DNA of 62,691 bases, the filler included. It is 4 parts of 4 records of this genome, joined end to end, with 100 filler letters (N's around TTAATTAATTAA, not from the genome) between each part and the next. Parts side by side here need not be neighbours in the genome. Positions count along the whole stretch, not along the records: positions 37,274 to 58,342 come from SRR20825010_3797; 3 more parts are not named here. One strand, given 5' to 3'. Both the position numbers and the translations under genes were made by a program. The notes under the pieces were generated by a model, which saw only the letters and a list, made by a program, of their open reading frames with translations, was not told where the DNA came from and did no database searches. Numbering within the stretch: the stretch's first letter is position 1; every line of letters starts with the position of its first letter. Positions 37,986 to 47,679 of this stretch are shown here, piece after piece.

Positions 37986-39641
37986 TTAGTAGTTTGTGGT
38001 TTTAGAAAGCAAACCTAACAATACGCCGTTGGTCCAACCAAAGCCATCCTGAGTTGGGTACTCTCCACCACCAGCCAATAACGTTGTGTCTGCAACGTTG
38101 TATTTTTCCATCATTCTTCCTGTGTTGGCAAAGACTTTCTGGTTCGTGCGAACCCATCGTGCAGCGATAATTTCAGCTAGCCCGTTTTCTCCGTAATGTT
38201 CCAACCCTTTGATGGTGATCCACTGTAAAGGAGCCCATCCATTTGGGGCATCCCATTGCTGACCGGACTGAAGGTTGGTGGTAACCAATCCGCCTGGAAG
38301 CAAGAAGTTCTCTTTTATAAACTTGGATTGACCGATCGCCTGCTCAGGAGAAGCGACCTTGAAATAAAGGGGGAAAGATCCCGCCAAGGTATGTTGATCG
38401 GAAAGAAGCTTATCTGTCCAGACATAATCTACAAATGTTCCGGCTGATTCATCCCAAAATAGCTCCTGAATGGCCGCTTTTCGCTTAGCTGCCACATCCT
38501 TGAAATATTCAGCCAGAGCCTCATTGCGATCCGCCTGATAAAGGTCAGAAAGAATGGATTCGACGGCATACATAAGACAATTTAGATCCACCGGGAGAAT
38601 TTCAATCGTGCGGATGGTTTTAAAATCATATTTATCCTCGAACCAACGCGTGCTGTAATCCCAGCCGGAAGCCGCCCCCGCCCTAAGGTTTCTATAAAGT
38701 TGGGATTTGGCCTCCCCATCTAATTCGGCTGCCAACTCGTAATCCTCTCTGTATGATTCCGGTCTGGGGAAATCCAACTTATCCCAATATCGATTTAATA
38801 TTGACCCGTCTTCCAAACGAACGACTTGATTGATGGCGGGCGTTTCTGCAGATAAGTCCTTCGAGCCATCCATCCAAAAATCATATTCCTTTTGCACGGC
38901 AGGCAGGTATTTTAGTGCCTCTTCTGGGGAGGTGAGCTTGGCATATAGTCCAACCATGGAAGCAAAAAAAGGAGGCTGGCTCCTGCCAAGGTAATAGGTT
39001 CGGTTGCCATTCGGGACAAAGCCGAGTGTATCAATAAGGTAAGCGAAGTTGTCGATCATTGATTCCACCAAATCGGTTCTGCCAGAAGCACCTAAACCAA
39101 TCATGGTAAAGTAACTGTCCCAATAATACACTTCACGAAAACGACCACCCGGAACCACGTATTGACCCTGCATAGGGATTAGTGTGGACCAACCCTCGGT
39201 GGTTTTTGCTGGTCGGGTGAGGTGATCCCACAAATAATTGAGGTGCTGAACGATGACAGAATCGTCGGGATTGGAACAGCCTACACAAACCGACGCATCG
39301 ATATCGCCTTTGGCCAACTCACCGGTATCTGGGCTGATCGGATCATTGAAGTTAGACTGAACAAAGGCCTTAAGGTCAAACCCTTCTTTTTCTTTTTGTT
39401 TCCGGTACTCGGCCAGAATTTGAGCCGGATTCTTTTTAGGAGTGCAATCCACAAAGGTTTTAGAATCAGGATAAACAGCGGCCATCTGCACATCATGAAA
39501 AAGTTCTTCAAGACTTTCCCATGGTTTATAGTAGCCGTCATCTACTGTTGCGGTCTCGCGTGCCGGCGTGCAGCCTATAACAAGCGTCCCAATTAAAAAT
39601 ACCATTGCCGTCGCTTTTCCTAATCCAATCATCGTGTTCAT
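37986..39641 (-). CDS. Alpha,alpha-trehalase (GH37), lipoprotein
   Basis: DSKTFVD, PGGRFREVYYWDSYF, RSQPP, PRPESY, SGWDYSTRW, QQWDAPNGWAPLQ and GFGWTNG; lipobox VIGC; ATGA overlap at 39638-39641. Confidence 0.96.
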   Translation of the reverse strand: MNTMIGLGKATAMVFLIGTLVIGCTPARETATVDDGYYKPWESLEELFHDVQMAAVYPDSKTFVDCTPKKNPAQILAEYRKQKEKEGFDLKAFVQSNFNDPISPDTGELAKGDIDASVCVGCSNPDDSVIVQHLNYLWDHLTRPAKTTEGWSTLIPMQGQYVVPGGRFREVYYWDSYFTMIGLGASGRTDLVESMIDNFAYLIDTLGFVPNGNRTYYLGRSQPPFFASMVGLYAKLTSPEEALKYLPAVQKEYDFWMDGSKDLSAETPAINQVVRLEDGSILNRYWDKLDFPRPESYREDYELAAELDGEAKSQLYRNLRAGAASGWDYSTRWFEDKYDFKTIRTIEILPVDLNCLMYAVESILSDLYQADRNEALAEYFKDVAAKRKAAIQELFWDESAGTFVDYVWTDKLLSDQHTLAGSFPLYFKVASPEQAIGQSKFIKENFLLPGGLVTTNLQSGQQWDAPNGWAPLQWITIKGLEHYGENGLAEIIAARWVRTNQKVFANTGRMMEKYNVADTTLLAGGGEYPTQDGFGWTNGVLLGLLSKTTNY

Positions 39642-40972
39642 TTCTGAGGTTGGTTTATTCTTGTTTCCAGATTTGAGACTACCCAATTACCCACATTTTC
39701 CCCCTGAGCCACACCGTTTTTGATAGCCATCATGTAATGAATGCCGCCATAAAGCCGGCTGATAGCAGCCTCCTCCGAAGCTTGCAAAAAAGAGGTGAAA
39801 TTTCGGGTCGGAAGTCCAAACTCGTTTTCCGTGGTATCGCTAAAGGCAAAATTGTCGCCATAAATATCGGTCAGAGTAACAGCAGCCGCTCTGGAAATAA
39901 CGCTGTGCCCACTGGTGTATTCGGGGAAAGGAGGCGTTTGCAACAAGGGCACCCACTCCTCGTCCATGTATTGATTGATCAGGGTTTCCGGTCTGATCAC
40001 GATACTTCTCCACTTTTCGTCCCAACAACTAATAAAACCGTCGAAAAGTGAAATTGAGGTTCTTGTATATGCGTTCACTGTTTCAGGAAAATTGCTTTTG
40101 GCCATTCGGGCGGCAATAGCGGTAATTCCCATCCAGTGGCCTCCAGGTGTTATCTTTTTGGTGGCAAACATGGCGTGTCCTTTGTGATGGGAAACGTATG
40201 GATTGCAATCCCAGAATTTGGCTATATCAGTTTGGACAGAGTCTAAGCCTTGTCCAACGTTGTAAACTTCAACCAGCTGTTGGTAGAATTCACTTTCCTT
40301 TTCCATTGAAAGTTCTAATGGCGGAACTGGGGGAAACTGACTGGCAGAATCCAACACCAGGGTTCGGATTTTATTCCAATGTGGTTCGATCCCCGCCATG
40401 TAGTCGGGCGGTGTGGGCTTCCATTTAAACTGTTCCTTTTGAACGGTATACTTGGGATAAGTTCGTGTTTGTTTATATAGATCGCCATCTGCCCATTGAA
40501 GTACGTGTTTAGCCATTTGCTCCCCATAAGCAAGTGATTTTTCCTTTACATCGGATGGTAATCCATTTTCTTCCAGGTGCGCGTACAAGGTTTCGCGAAA
40601 AGCATCCATTTTATCTTCAGAAAATATCAACATTTTGCCTACAATCATAAAGGCGTGAAGACTAGCCAGTCTGGAGTTCACTCCCGCTTGAGGGGGAGAC
40701 ATCTCCGTGAAATCGGTTATCTGACCAGCCAATGATCGCAATTCATTCTCAGGAAACTGTGCAAGCACCTCATAAGCAGCAATATTGGAGTAGGCATAGA
40801 CTCTACTGGCTACCGGAGGAGAAAATATATCATAAACGATAATGTCCGAAAGGTTCTTCATCGTCTTATGAAAGGTCTCGGGATCATCAAGAACCTGCTT
40901 ATACGCGGTATTTTCCTGACAGCCTGAAACTATAATTAAAGCAATCAGCAGGAAGGCAATTGTATTTTTCAT
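39638..40972 (-). CDS. PAP2 / vanadium-dependent haloperoxidase superfamily lipoprotein
   Basis: Lipobox VSGC; KWRSIVIRP, TPPFPEYTSGHS and SRLYGGIHY phosphate/vanadate-binding motifs. Confidence 0.9.
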   Translation of the reverse strand: MKNTIAFLLIALIIVSGCQENTAYKQVLDDPETFHKTMKNLSDIIVYDIFSPPVASRVYAYSNIAAYEVLAQFPENELRSLAGQITDFTEMSPPQAGVNSRLASLHAFMIVGKMLIFSEDKMDAFRETLYAHLEENGLPSDVKEKSLAYGEQMAKHVLQWADGDLYKQTRTYPKYTVQKEQFKWKPTPPDYMAGIEPHWNKIRTLVLDSASQFPPVPPLELSMEKESEFYQQLVEVYNVGQGLDSVQTDIAKFWDCNPYVSHHKGHAMFATKKITPGGHWMGITAIAARMAKSNFPETVNAYTRTSISLFDGFISCWDEKWRSIVIRPETLINQYMDEEWVPLLQTPPFPEYTSGHSVISRAAAVTLTDIYGDNFAFSDTTENEFGLPTRNFTSFLQASEEAAISRLYGGIHYMMAIKNGVAQGENVGNWVVSNLETRINQPQK

Positions 40973-40975
40973 GAG

Positions 40976-43900
40976 TTAAAAATTACTGTTTGTCACGGTC
41001 GGTGGATTCTGTTTTTCATTGAGCTTATAAAAAGTTGCAGGACGATTATTCGGCACTATCATGAGAACCGAATCCGTTTCCGATTTTAAATATGCTAGTT
41101 TTTTTATGTCTCCCTTCAAATAAAACCCTGATCTGGATTGGTCGATATAAATCAACTGGCCTGCTTTATTCTGAACAAATAGCTCTCCATAGGAAGCGTC
41201 GTATACTCCTCGCTGAATATTAGCATAGCTAAAATTTCCAGCTGTCAACATGTCCAAAAGCCCATCTTTGTTAAAATCGGCCATTAGAATGGCGCGCACG
41301 GGACTTAATTGACTTTGGTAAGGCAATGGCACTGAGTTAAAGGCATTGTTTTCGGTTTGATAAAACACTTTAGACCGGGTATCTGGGACGCTGTATTTTG
41401 TAGCTTTCATCAGCTGCTCTGGAGTTAATATATCGGTGAATTCCGCCTCAGAAAAGGATTTGAAATCGGTGAATTTCTTTTTCAAAGAAACCATCTGCTT
41501 ACCTAATTCCATTTTGTCGGCGAACACCTGCTCCCTTCCATTAACCTCCATGGTTACTATTTGCTCGACGGTCTCGTTGTTGTCGAAATCCGACACGTAC
41601 ATATTTAAGACTCCCGTACCGTTCTGAGCTAATTTGGAATTGAGCCCGAGATTACCAGCGACAATATCCGGCTTTCCGTCATTATTGAGATCGCTAACGG
41701 CCAAAGCGGACCACAGCCCCTCGGATGCTGGAATTTCATAAAGGCGATCACCGTTTGCTTCCTGATATAAAACCTTCACACTAGACCACTCAGATGCAAC
41801 AATCAAATCCGGTTTACCATTGCCATCCATATCCGTCCATGTGGCATCCACGACCATTCCTAAATCCGACATAAAAACACCCAATCCATCCGTTTTTAAT
41901 ACAAATCCATCACCGGTGTTTTCCAACAAACAACTCACCGGAGGCTTCCCATAATTCCATGGAACAGAACGAGCTCCAACAAAAACATCTATATCACCAT
42001 CCTGATCCATATCCACACAGGCCAGCACGGAGGCATTTAAATAAACATCGGGAACCCAAAGGGAATCCGGCAACAGCTTGCCCGCACCGTCATTCAAATA
42101 CACTCTTGGTTTTCTGTATTTTGAAGGTCCCCGAAATTCATTGCCACCGCTCACAACTAACAAATCCTGATACCCATCACCATTAAAATCCTGGAAGGCA
42201 GCATCCACATCCTCGTAGATGGGGTCGTTTGGCAGACTATCCTCCCGGAATTTGAAATTGCCAGTTTGGACATAGAGTACGCTTTTTTGATGCTTGGCTC
42301 CTCCAAAGAAAACATCGTCTAGGCCATCGTTATTAACATCGCCGACAGCCACAGCAGGACCTTCCGCCGAGATCATATGAGGAATCAACGCTTCGCGGTT
42401 AAACTCTACAAAATCGTTTTCAGTGTGTGCAAAATCGATCCCAATTTCATCGCTTTGAATCGGAACAAAAGCTGTTGGCTTAGGAGCTTGCATTGATTCA
42501 AGTTTTCCGCTCTCATTTGAAAAATCGAAAGTCAAAACCTGATTTGCAACAACATTTTTCATTTCGCTAACAAAACCGCCCGGGTGTACCGCAACAATTT
42601 TGGGAATAGTATCCAAGCTGCCAACACCTGCCTGAATCACATAATCAACCGAGCTTTGGAATCCTCTCACCGGGAAAAGCTCACGTGTTAGGGTTGTGGA
42701 GTCATTGAGAAAAACAGAAATTTTTGTTCCAACACCCATGGTGTTTTCACCTTTCCCGACCACCTCCACCTTAACATAATTGGCTCCTTTACCCTCTTCA
42801 ATTGTTTTGTTCCTGTAAATAGAAGCTTCCTGGTTGATATTGTTAATGGCAAGATCTAAATCACCATCACCATCAAAATCTGCATATACAGCTCCATTGG
42901 AAAAAGTGGCCTCATCCAATCCCCATTTCTTTGATACATTTTCAAATGAAAGGTTCCCATCGTTTCTAAACGCATAATTCGGGATTTTCACTGCTGGCAT
43001 TTTGTCGGTTAGCAACAATTCCTCTTCGTTAATATCCCCTTCCAACCTATACTGAATGGCGTCATTGGAAACATAGTTGATATAATCCATGTCGTTGGTT
43101 CTTCCAAGGATTCCATTGGCAACAAAAATATCGTTGTAGCCATCCAGATCGAAATCAGCCAGCAGCCCCGACCAGCTCCAATCCGTAGCAGCAACACCAG
43201 ATATGAGACCAATTTCGCTGAAATGGCCTTCACCTCTATTCAATTGGAGGGTATTTCTGGCATGCTGATGTTTGTAACCAAAGTTGAGTTTGAATGTATA
43301 GATGTCGTAAGCATCTTCGCCTGCTGAGGATTTCAACTTGTCGTATTCGCGAGGAAGCATGTCCAACGAAAAAATATCCAGACGACCGTCGTTGTTGATG
43401 TCACCTACGTCGTTACCCATCGAAAACCTACTGGTGTGATTGACCATCTCGCCAAGTGATTCTCGAAATGTTCCGTTTTGCTGATTAATGTAGAGATAAT
43501 CATCTTCGTGAAAATCGTTTCCAATATACACATCCGGATAACCATCGTCATTTATATCGCTCACCGTAATACCGAGTCCGTATCCAAGGGGAGAGTTAAA
43601 AATCCCTACCTCGTTTGTCACATCCACGAACTTGCCGTTTCTATTTTCCAGAAAGCGATCACCGGCGAGCGGATGAGATTCTTTCCGTTTATCTGCCGGC
43701 CCGAAAGTTCCATTGGAATGAACGGAGTGATTCAGCACATAGGCATCCAGATCATTATCCAGATCAAAATCGAAGAAGGCTGTCTGCGTACAAAAACCGA
43801 CAATATCCAACCCAAAACTTTTCGCTTCCTCGGAGAAAGTCGGATATCCCGACTCGTCATTTCCCTGATTGATCCAAAGCTTGTTTTCTCCTTCGATTTT

Positions 43901-44320
43901 CAAATAACTTCCAACCTCGTTGATGTAGATATCCAGCTTGCCATCACCATTGATATCGGCAAAACTGACACCTGTGGTCCATTTATGCTTGCGCTCTGGA
44001 TCAGCAATGCGCTCAGAAAGGTCAATAAATTTGAAATCCCCAAGGTTTATATAAAGGCCATTGTCTCCCAGGTTTGAAGTAAAAACCAGATCAGGAAGCC
44101 CATCCCCATTCAAATCTCCCGCCGCAGCGCCTCCTCCATTGTAAAAGTAGAGGTAGTTAAAAATGTTCAAATCACCGGTTGCTTTGATTTCATTTTTGAA
44201 TGCGATCCCTGTCTGCGAAGATTCAATTTTTTCAAATTTGGGATTGCTCCCACATGAAAACAGCAAGGCTCCAAGGCATAGAAAAAGGCTATTTAATTGA
44301 ATATATTTCAGCAAAATCAT
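40976..44320 (-). CDS. FG-GAP/VCBS-repeat ASPIC/UnbV (CRTAC1-like) lipoprotein
   Basis: Lipobox LFSC; many DxNxDGxxD repeats; ATDWSW; RGFQSS UnbV motif. Confidence 0.9.
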   Translation of the reverse strand: MILLKYIQLNSLFLCLGALLFSCGSNPKFEKIESSQTGIAFKNEIKATGDLNIFNYLYFYNGGGAAAGDLNGDGLPDLVFTSNLGDNGLYINLGDFKFIDLSERIADPERKHKWTTGVSFADINGDGKLDIYINEVGSYLKIEGENKLWINQGNDESGYPTFSEEAKSFGLDIVGFCTQTAFFDFDLDNDLDAYVLNHSVHSNGTFGPADKRKESHPLAGDRFLENRNGKFVDVTNEVGIFNSPLGYGLGITVSDINDDGYPDVYIGNDFHEDDYLYINQQNGTFRESLGEMVNHTSRFSMGNDVGDINNDGRLDIFSLDMLPREYDKLKSSAGEDAYDIYTFKLNFGYKHQHARNTLQLNRGEGHFSEIGLISGVAATDWSWSGLLADFDLDGYNDIFVANGILGRTNDMDYINYVSNDAIQYRLEGDINEEELLLTDKMPAVKIPNYAFRNDGNLSFENVSKKWGLDEATFSNGAVYADFDGDGDLDLAINNINQEASIYRNKTIEEGKGANYVKVEVVGKGENTMGVGTKISVFLNDSTTLTRELFPVRGFQSSVDYVIQAGVGSLDTIPKIVAVHPGGFVSEMKNVVANQVLTFDFSNESGKLESMQAPKPTAFVPIQSDEIGIDFAHTENDFVEFNREALIPHMISAEGPAVAVGDVNNDGLDDVFFGGAKHQKSVLYVQTGNFKFREDSLPNDPIYEDVDAAFQDFNGDGYQDLLVVSGGNEFRGPSKYRKPRVYLNDGAGKLLPDSLWVPDVYLNASVLACVDMDQDGDIDVFVGARSVPWNYGKPPVSCLLENTGDGFVLKTDGLGVFMSDLGMVVDATWTDMDGNGKPDLIVASEWSSVKVLYQEANGDRLYEIPASEGLWSALAVSDLNNDGKPDIVAGNLGLNSKLAQNGTGVLNMYVSDFDNNETVEQIVTMEVNGREQVFADKMELGKQMVSLKKKFTDFKSFSEAEFTDILTPEQLMKATKYSVPDTRSKVFYQTENNAFNSVPLPYQSQLSPVRAILMADFNKDGLLDMLTAGNFSYANIQRGVYDASYGELFVQNKAGQLIYIDQSRSGFYLKGDIKKLAYLKSETDSVLMIVPNNRPATFYKLNEKQNPPTVTNSNF

Positions 44321-47300
44321 TGTTTTTAGCTATCAAAAGTTTTCTGTTGGATTTACCGTTAAGCATTTTGGCGGCCCTCACTTCTCCACGCAGGCTTAAT
44401 CCCGTATCGTTAACAATTTCCATAGGGTAGGAAGATGTCATGATCAAACCATGGTTCGCGTCGTAGACCGATTCTTCTGGTCGCGTTGCGAAAAAATTGC
44501 CCAGAGCAATAATTTTGTCCCCTTCCCCAGCCAGTGAATCGATGACTATTTCGAATAACGGCGCAAACTGGGCCCTCATTGGGAGGCTCTCAAGTGTAAA
44601 AGATTTGCCCCGGTTATTGATGCCCACCTTTGACGAAAGGTCATACACTGTCAGATGAATGCTATTGGCTAGCTGCTCCTCGGTAAAAATGTCGTTCATT
44701 GACTTGCCGGCATATTCTTTAAAACTCGGATATTTCTTCTTTATAAAAGCTAGTTGAAAGTTGAGTTCGTTGCGAATGTGGTACGGATAATAGCGGCCAT
44801 TTTCATGAAAGCTATATATCTGATCGAGTGATCCGTTGTTGTCCATATCGCCAACAAATAATCTGACCGGATTCTCCAAAGTTGGCCTAAACATGCTGTT
44901 TTCGCCCATATTCCCTAAAATCAAATCCTGATACCCATCTTTGTTTACATCCGCCACATTGATGCTGTAATAAAGCCCGTCTGAGTTTTCGAGACCGGGG
45001 AAGCTCAATTTTCGCTGAAAGAAATTCCCTTTGTTTTCAAATAAAGTAACCGGCATCCATTCGCCAACGACCACAAGATCAAGATCATCGTCATTGTCAT
45101 AGTCGAACCAAACCGCATCGGTGACCATTCCCAACCGACTTAGTTGGGTGATATACTTCGAGGTTACATTGACGTAATGGCCTTGCCCATCGTTTTCAAG
45201 CAAATGACTATCCGGCGGAAGGCCGTATTTGCCTGGGATGCTACGCCCACCAATGAAGAGATCCAGATCACCATCTTTATCAAAATCGCATGGTCTCACG
45301 CACGAACCCGGGTTGAAGTTCAAAGGCATTCCATTGCTCAGACTGAAGTGAATTTGTCCTTTTTTAAACCCTTCGTTGATGTACAGACGATCCTGATAGA
45401 AATCGGAACCTGCTTCATGTTCATTTCCACCGCTTACTACATATAAGTCCAGATCACCGTCCAAATCGAAATCCAGGAATGCCGCATCCACATCCTCAGA
45501 AACCACTGCTTTTTTGAAGATGGACGGAACCTGCGGTATATATTGATCATTTCCATCATTGATATAGATCGTGCCCGTGTTGCCCATCGCTCCCCCAATG
45601 TAAAAGTCATCTAAACCATCGCCATTTAAATCGGCCACAGCCAAAGCCGGACCTTCTTTGGACAGTTGATGAAAGAGCAGGCGTTCACGATCAAAATCCA
45701 CGAAATCATTTTCCACATGTTTGTGACTGAAATGTTCCTTCTGAAACAATTTCCTTTCCCCATTTACCTCAGAATCATCAAAAGGCTCAGCATCGCTATA
45801 CGCCAAACTCAAAACCTTATCAACGGCTACATTATAAAGCGACGTTTTACGATTAGCATCCCAAATGACTTCCATACTATCTATTGCTGCAGCCTTTCCC
45901 ACGCCCAAACTGATTACATAATCCATAGATGATTGAAATCCCCGTGTAGGATAATGATGGTAACCAATGATGTCAGGACCCACATATAAACGAACTTCCG
46001 CGCCTATTGCTTTGGTGTTTCCTGGCTTTCCTGTCAGGTTGAGTTTGATAAAATGATTCCCCAATCGTTCCGTGTTGTTTCGATACACGAATGACTCCTG
46101 ATTCACATTGTTGACGATCAAATCCAAATCGCCATCATTGTCCAAATCGCCATACGCAGCTCCATTAGAAAATGATGGAGTGGCCAAACCCCAGTCTTCT
46201 GAAACATTTTTAAATTTTAATAAGGTGTCCAGAGTGAAGGCATAATTCGGCAAAGGTGTAGATGGCATCAAATCAACAAATTTTTTAAAATCGACCGTGG
46301 AGTCTTCAAGTGCCTGTCGGATGGTGTTTTCATTGGCTAGGTAGGATATAAAATCCTGATCGGTCACATCCTTATAGATACCATTGGTAATGAATACTTC
46401 CTTATATCCATTGTTATCCATGTCGAATATCAATGTGCCCCAACTCCAGTCTGTGGCGTCTGTTCCAGAATATCTGGAAATTTCAGAAAAACGACCATCA
46501 CCGGAGTTTAGCTGAAGTGTGTTTTTCATAAACTGGTTATAAAAACCTTTGCTCTTTTTGAGGTTGAAGAAATCATAGGAATCAAACATGGTAGTTTGCT
46601 TCAATCGCTCCCTGTTTGGCGGCAACATATCCGTTACGAAAACTTCGTCAAAACCATCGTTGTTGATGTCTGCTGCATCTGCCCCCATTGAAAACAGGCT
46701 TGTCTGGTCGAAATAATTTTCCAAATCTTCCTTAAATCCCTTCCCTTTTTGGTTTACATAGAGGTAGTCACGCTCAAAAAAGTCATTCGACACATAAATG
46801 TCCGTCCAGCTATCAGCGTTTACGTCGAGCAGTGTAATGCCAAGACCAAAACCAATGACACTTCCGAAGACACCAACTGAGTCACTCAAATCTTTGAAAA
46901 ACCCATTATCATTTAAATAAAACTTATCTCCTCCCGCTTTGTCACGCTGATCTCTAATGTTTTCAATTGGCAGTGAGGCCACTGACCGAAAGGAGTTGTT
47001 GAGTAAATAACAATCCAAATCTCCATCCTGATCGAAATCGAAAAAAGCCGCATGGGTAGAGAATCCCTGATCGGCCAAACCAAATTCCTCAGCACGTTCG
47101 GTAAAGGTGCCGTCCTGATTGTTAATAAACAGATCGTTTCCCCGGTTGTTTCCTTTCATGTCGCCCGAATTGCACACATAAATATCCATCCAACCATCGC
47201 CATTCACATCCGCCATGGCCACTCCGGTAGACCAAGGTTTGAATCCCGCAACACCTGCCTGATCGGTTATATTTTTAAACTTAAAGTTTCCCAGATTTTG

Positions 47301-47573
47301 ATAAAGCTGATTTGGGCCCTGATTTGAGGTCAGGAAAACGTCGGATAGTCCGTCGTTATTGATGTCGCATATGCCTACGCCACCACCGTTGTAATAATTT
47401 CTGTATCTGAACACATCGAACCCGGTTTCGTTGTTCAATGCATTGGTAAAGGATATACCTGAATCGTTAATCTGTGAAAAAAGGGTATGCTTTTCCCGCT
47501 TGGTTTTACATCCAAAAAGGTAAATGAAGGCAAACAGAAAAAGTAAAACCCTTGATATCGCTGATGATGACAT
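44289..47573 (-). CDS. FG-GAP/VCBS-repeat ASPIC/UnbV (CRTAC1-like) lipoprotein, paralog
   Basis: Lipobox LFGC; YYNGGGV, DxDxDGDLD repeats, ATDWSW and RGFQSS. Confidence 0.9.
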   Translation of the reverse strand: MSSSAISRVLLFLFAFIYLFGCKTKREKHTLFSQINDSGISFTNALNNETGFDVFRYRNYYNGGGVGICDINNDGLSDVFLTSNQGPNQLYQNLGNFKFKNITDQAGVAGFKPWSTGVAMADVNGDGWMDIYVCNSGDMKGNNRGNDLFINNQDGTFTERAEEFGLADQGFSTHAAFFDFDQDGDLDCYLLNNSFRSVASLPIENIRDQRDKAGGDKFYLNDNGFFKDLSDSVGVFGSVIGFGLGITLLDVNADSWTDIYVSNDFFERDYLYVNQKGKGFKEDLENYFDQTSLFSMGADAADINNDGFDEVFVTDMLPPNRERLKQTTMFDSYDFFNLKKSKGFYNQFMKNTLQLNSGDGRFSEISRYSGTDATDWSWGTLIFDMDNNGYKEVFITNGIYKDVTDQDFISYLANENTIRQALEDSTVDFKKFVDLMPSTPLPNYAFTLDTLLKFKNVSEDWGLATPSFSNGAAYGDLDNDGDLDLIVNNVNQESFVYRNNTERLGNHFIKLNLTGKPGNTKAIGAEVRLYVGPDIIGYHHYPTRGFQSSMDYVISLGVGKAAAIDSMEVIWDANRKTSLYNVAVDKVLSLAYSDAEPFDDSEVNGERKLFQKEHFSHKHVENDFVDFDRERLLFHQLSKEGPALAVADLNGDGLDDFYIGGAMGNTGTIYINDGNDQYIPQVPSIFKKAVVSEDVDAAFLDFDLDGDLDLYVVSGGNEHEAGSDFYQDRLYINEGFKKGQIHFSLSNGMPLNFNPGSCVRPCDFDKDGDLDLFIGGRSIPGKYGLPPDSHLLENDGQGHYVNVTSKYITQLSRLGMVTDAVWFDYDNDDDLDLVVVGEWMPVTLFENKGNFFQRKLSFPGLENSDGLYYSINVADVNKDGYQDLILGNMGENSMFRPTLENPVRLFVGDMDNNGSLDQIYSFHENGRYYPYHIRNELNFQLAFIKKKYPSFKEYAGKSMNDIFTEEQLANSIHLTVYDLSSKVGINNRGKSFTLESLPMRAQFAPLFEIVIDSLAGEGDKIIALGNFFATRPEESVYDANHGLIMTSSYPMEIVNDTGLSLRGEVRAAKMLNGKSNRKLLIAKNNDFAEIYSIK

Positions 47574-47621
47574 GAGTATGCTATTTGTAGTGGCTACTAC
47601 GACTTAAATATTACTTCTAAC

Positions 47622-47658
47622 AAAAAAGCAAGGTAACCAATCCCAGGGCTACCTTGCT
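47622..47658 (-). terminator. Rho-independent terminator after susD
   Basis: Minus strand AGCAAGGTAGCC-CTGGGATT-GGTTACCTTGCT followed by TTTTT. Confidence 0.8.
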
Positions 47659-47679
47659 AATTTCTAGTTTTGAGAAGTG

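Noticed and set aside
40976-47573. Repeated GATxxxGATGG-type DNA motifs
   Set aside because: They are coding FG-GAP calcium-binding repeats, already explained by the CDS calls.
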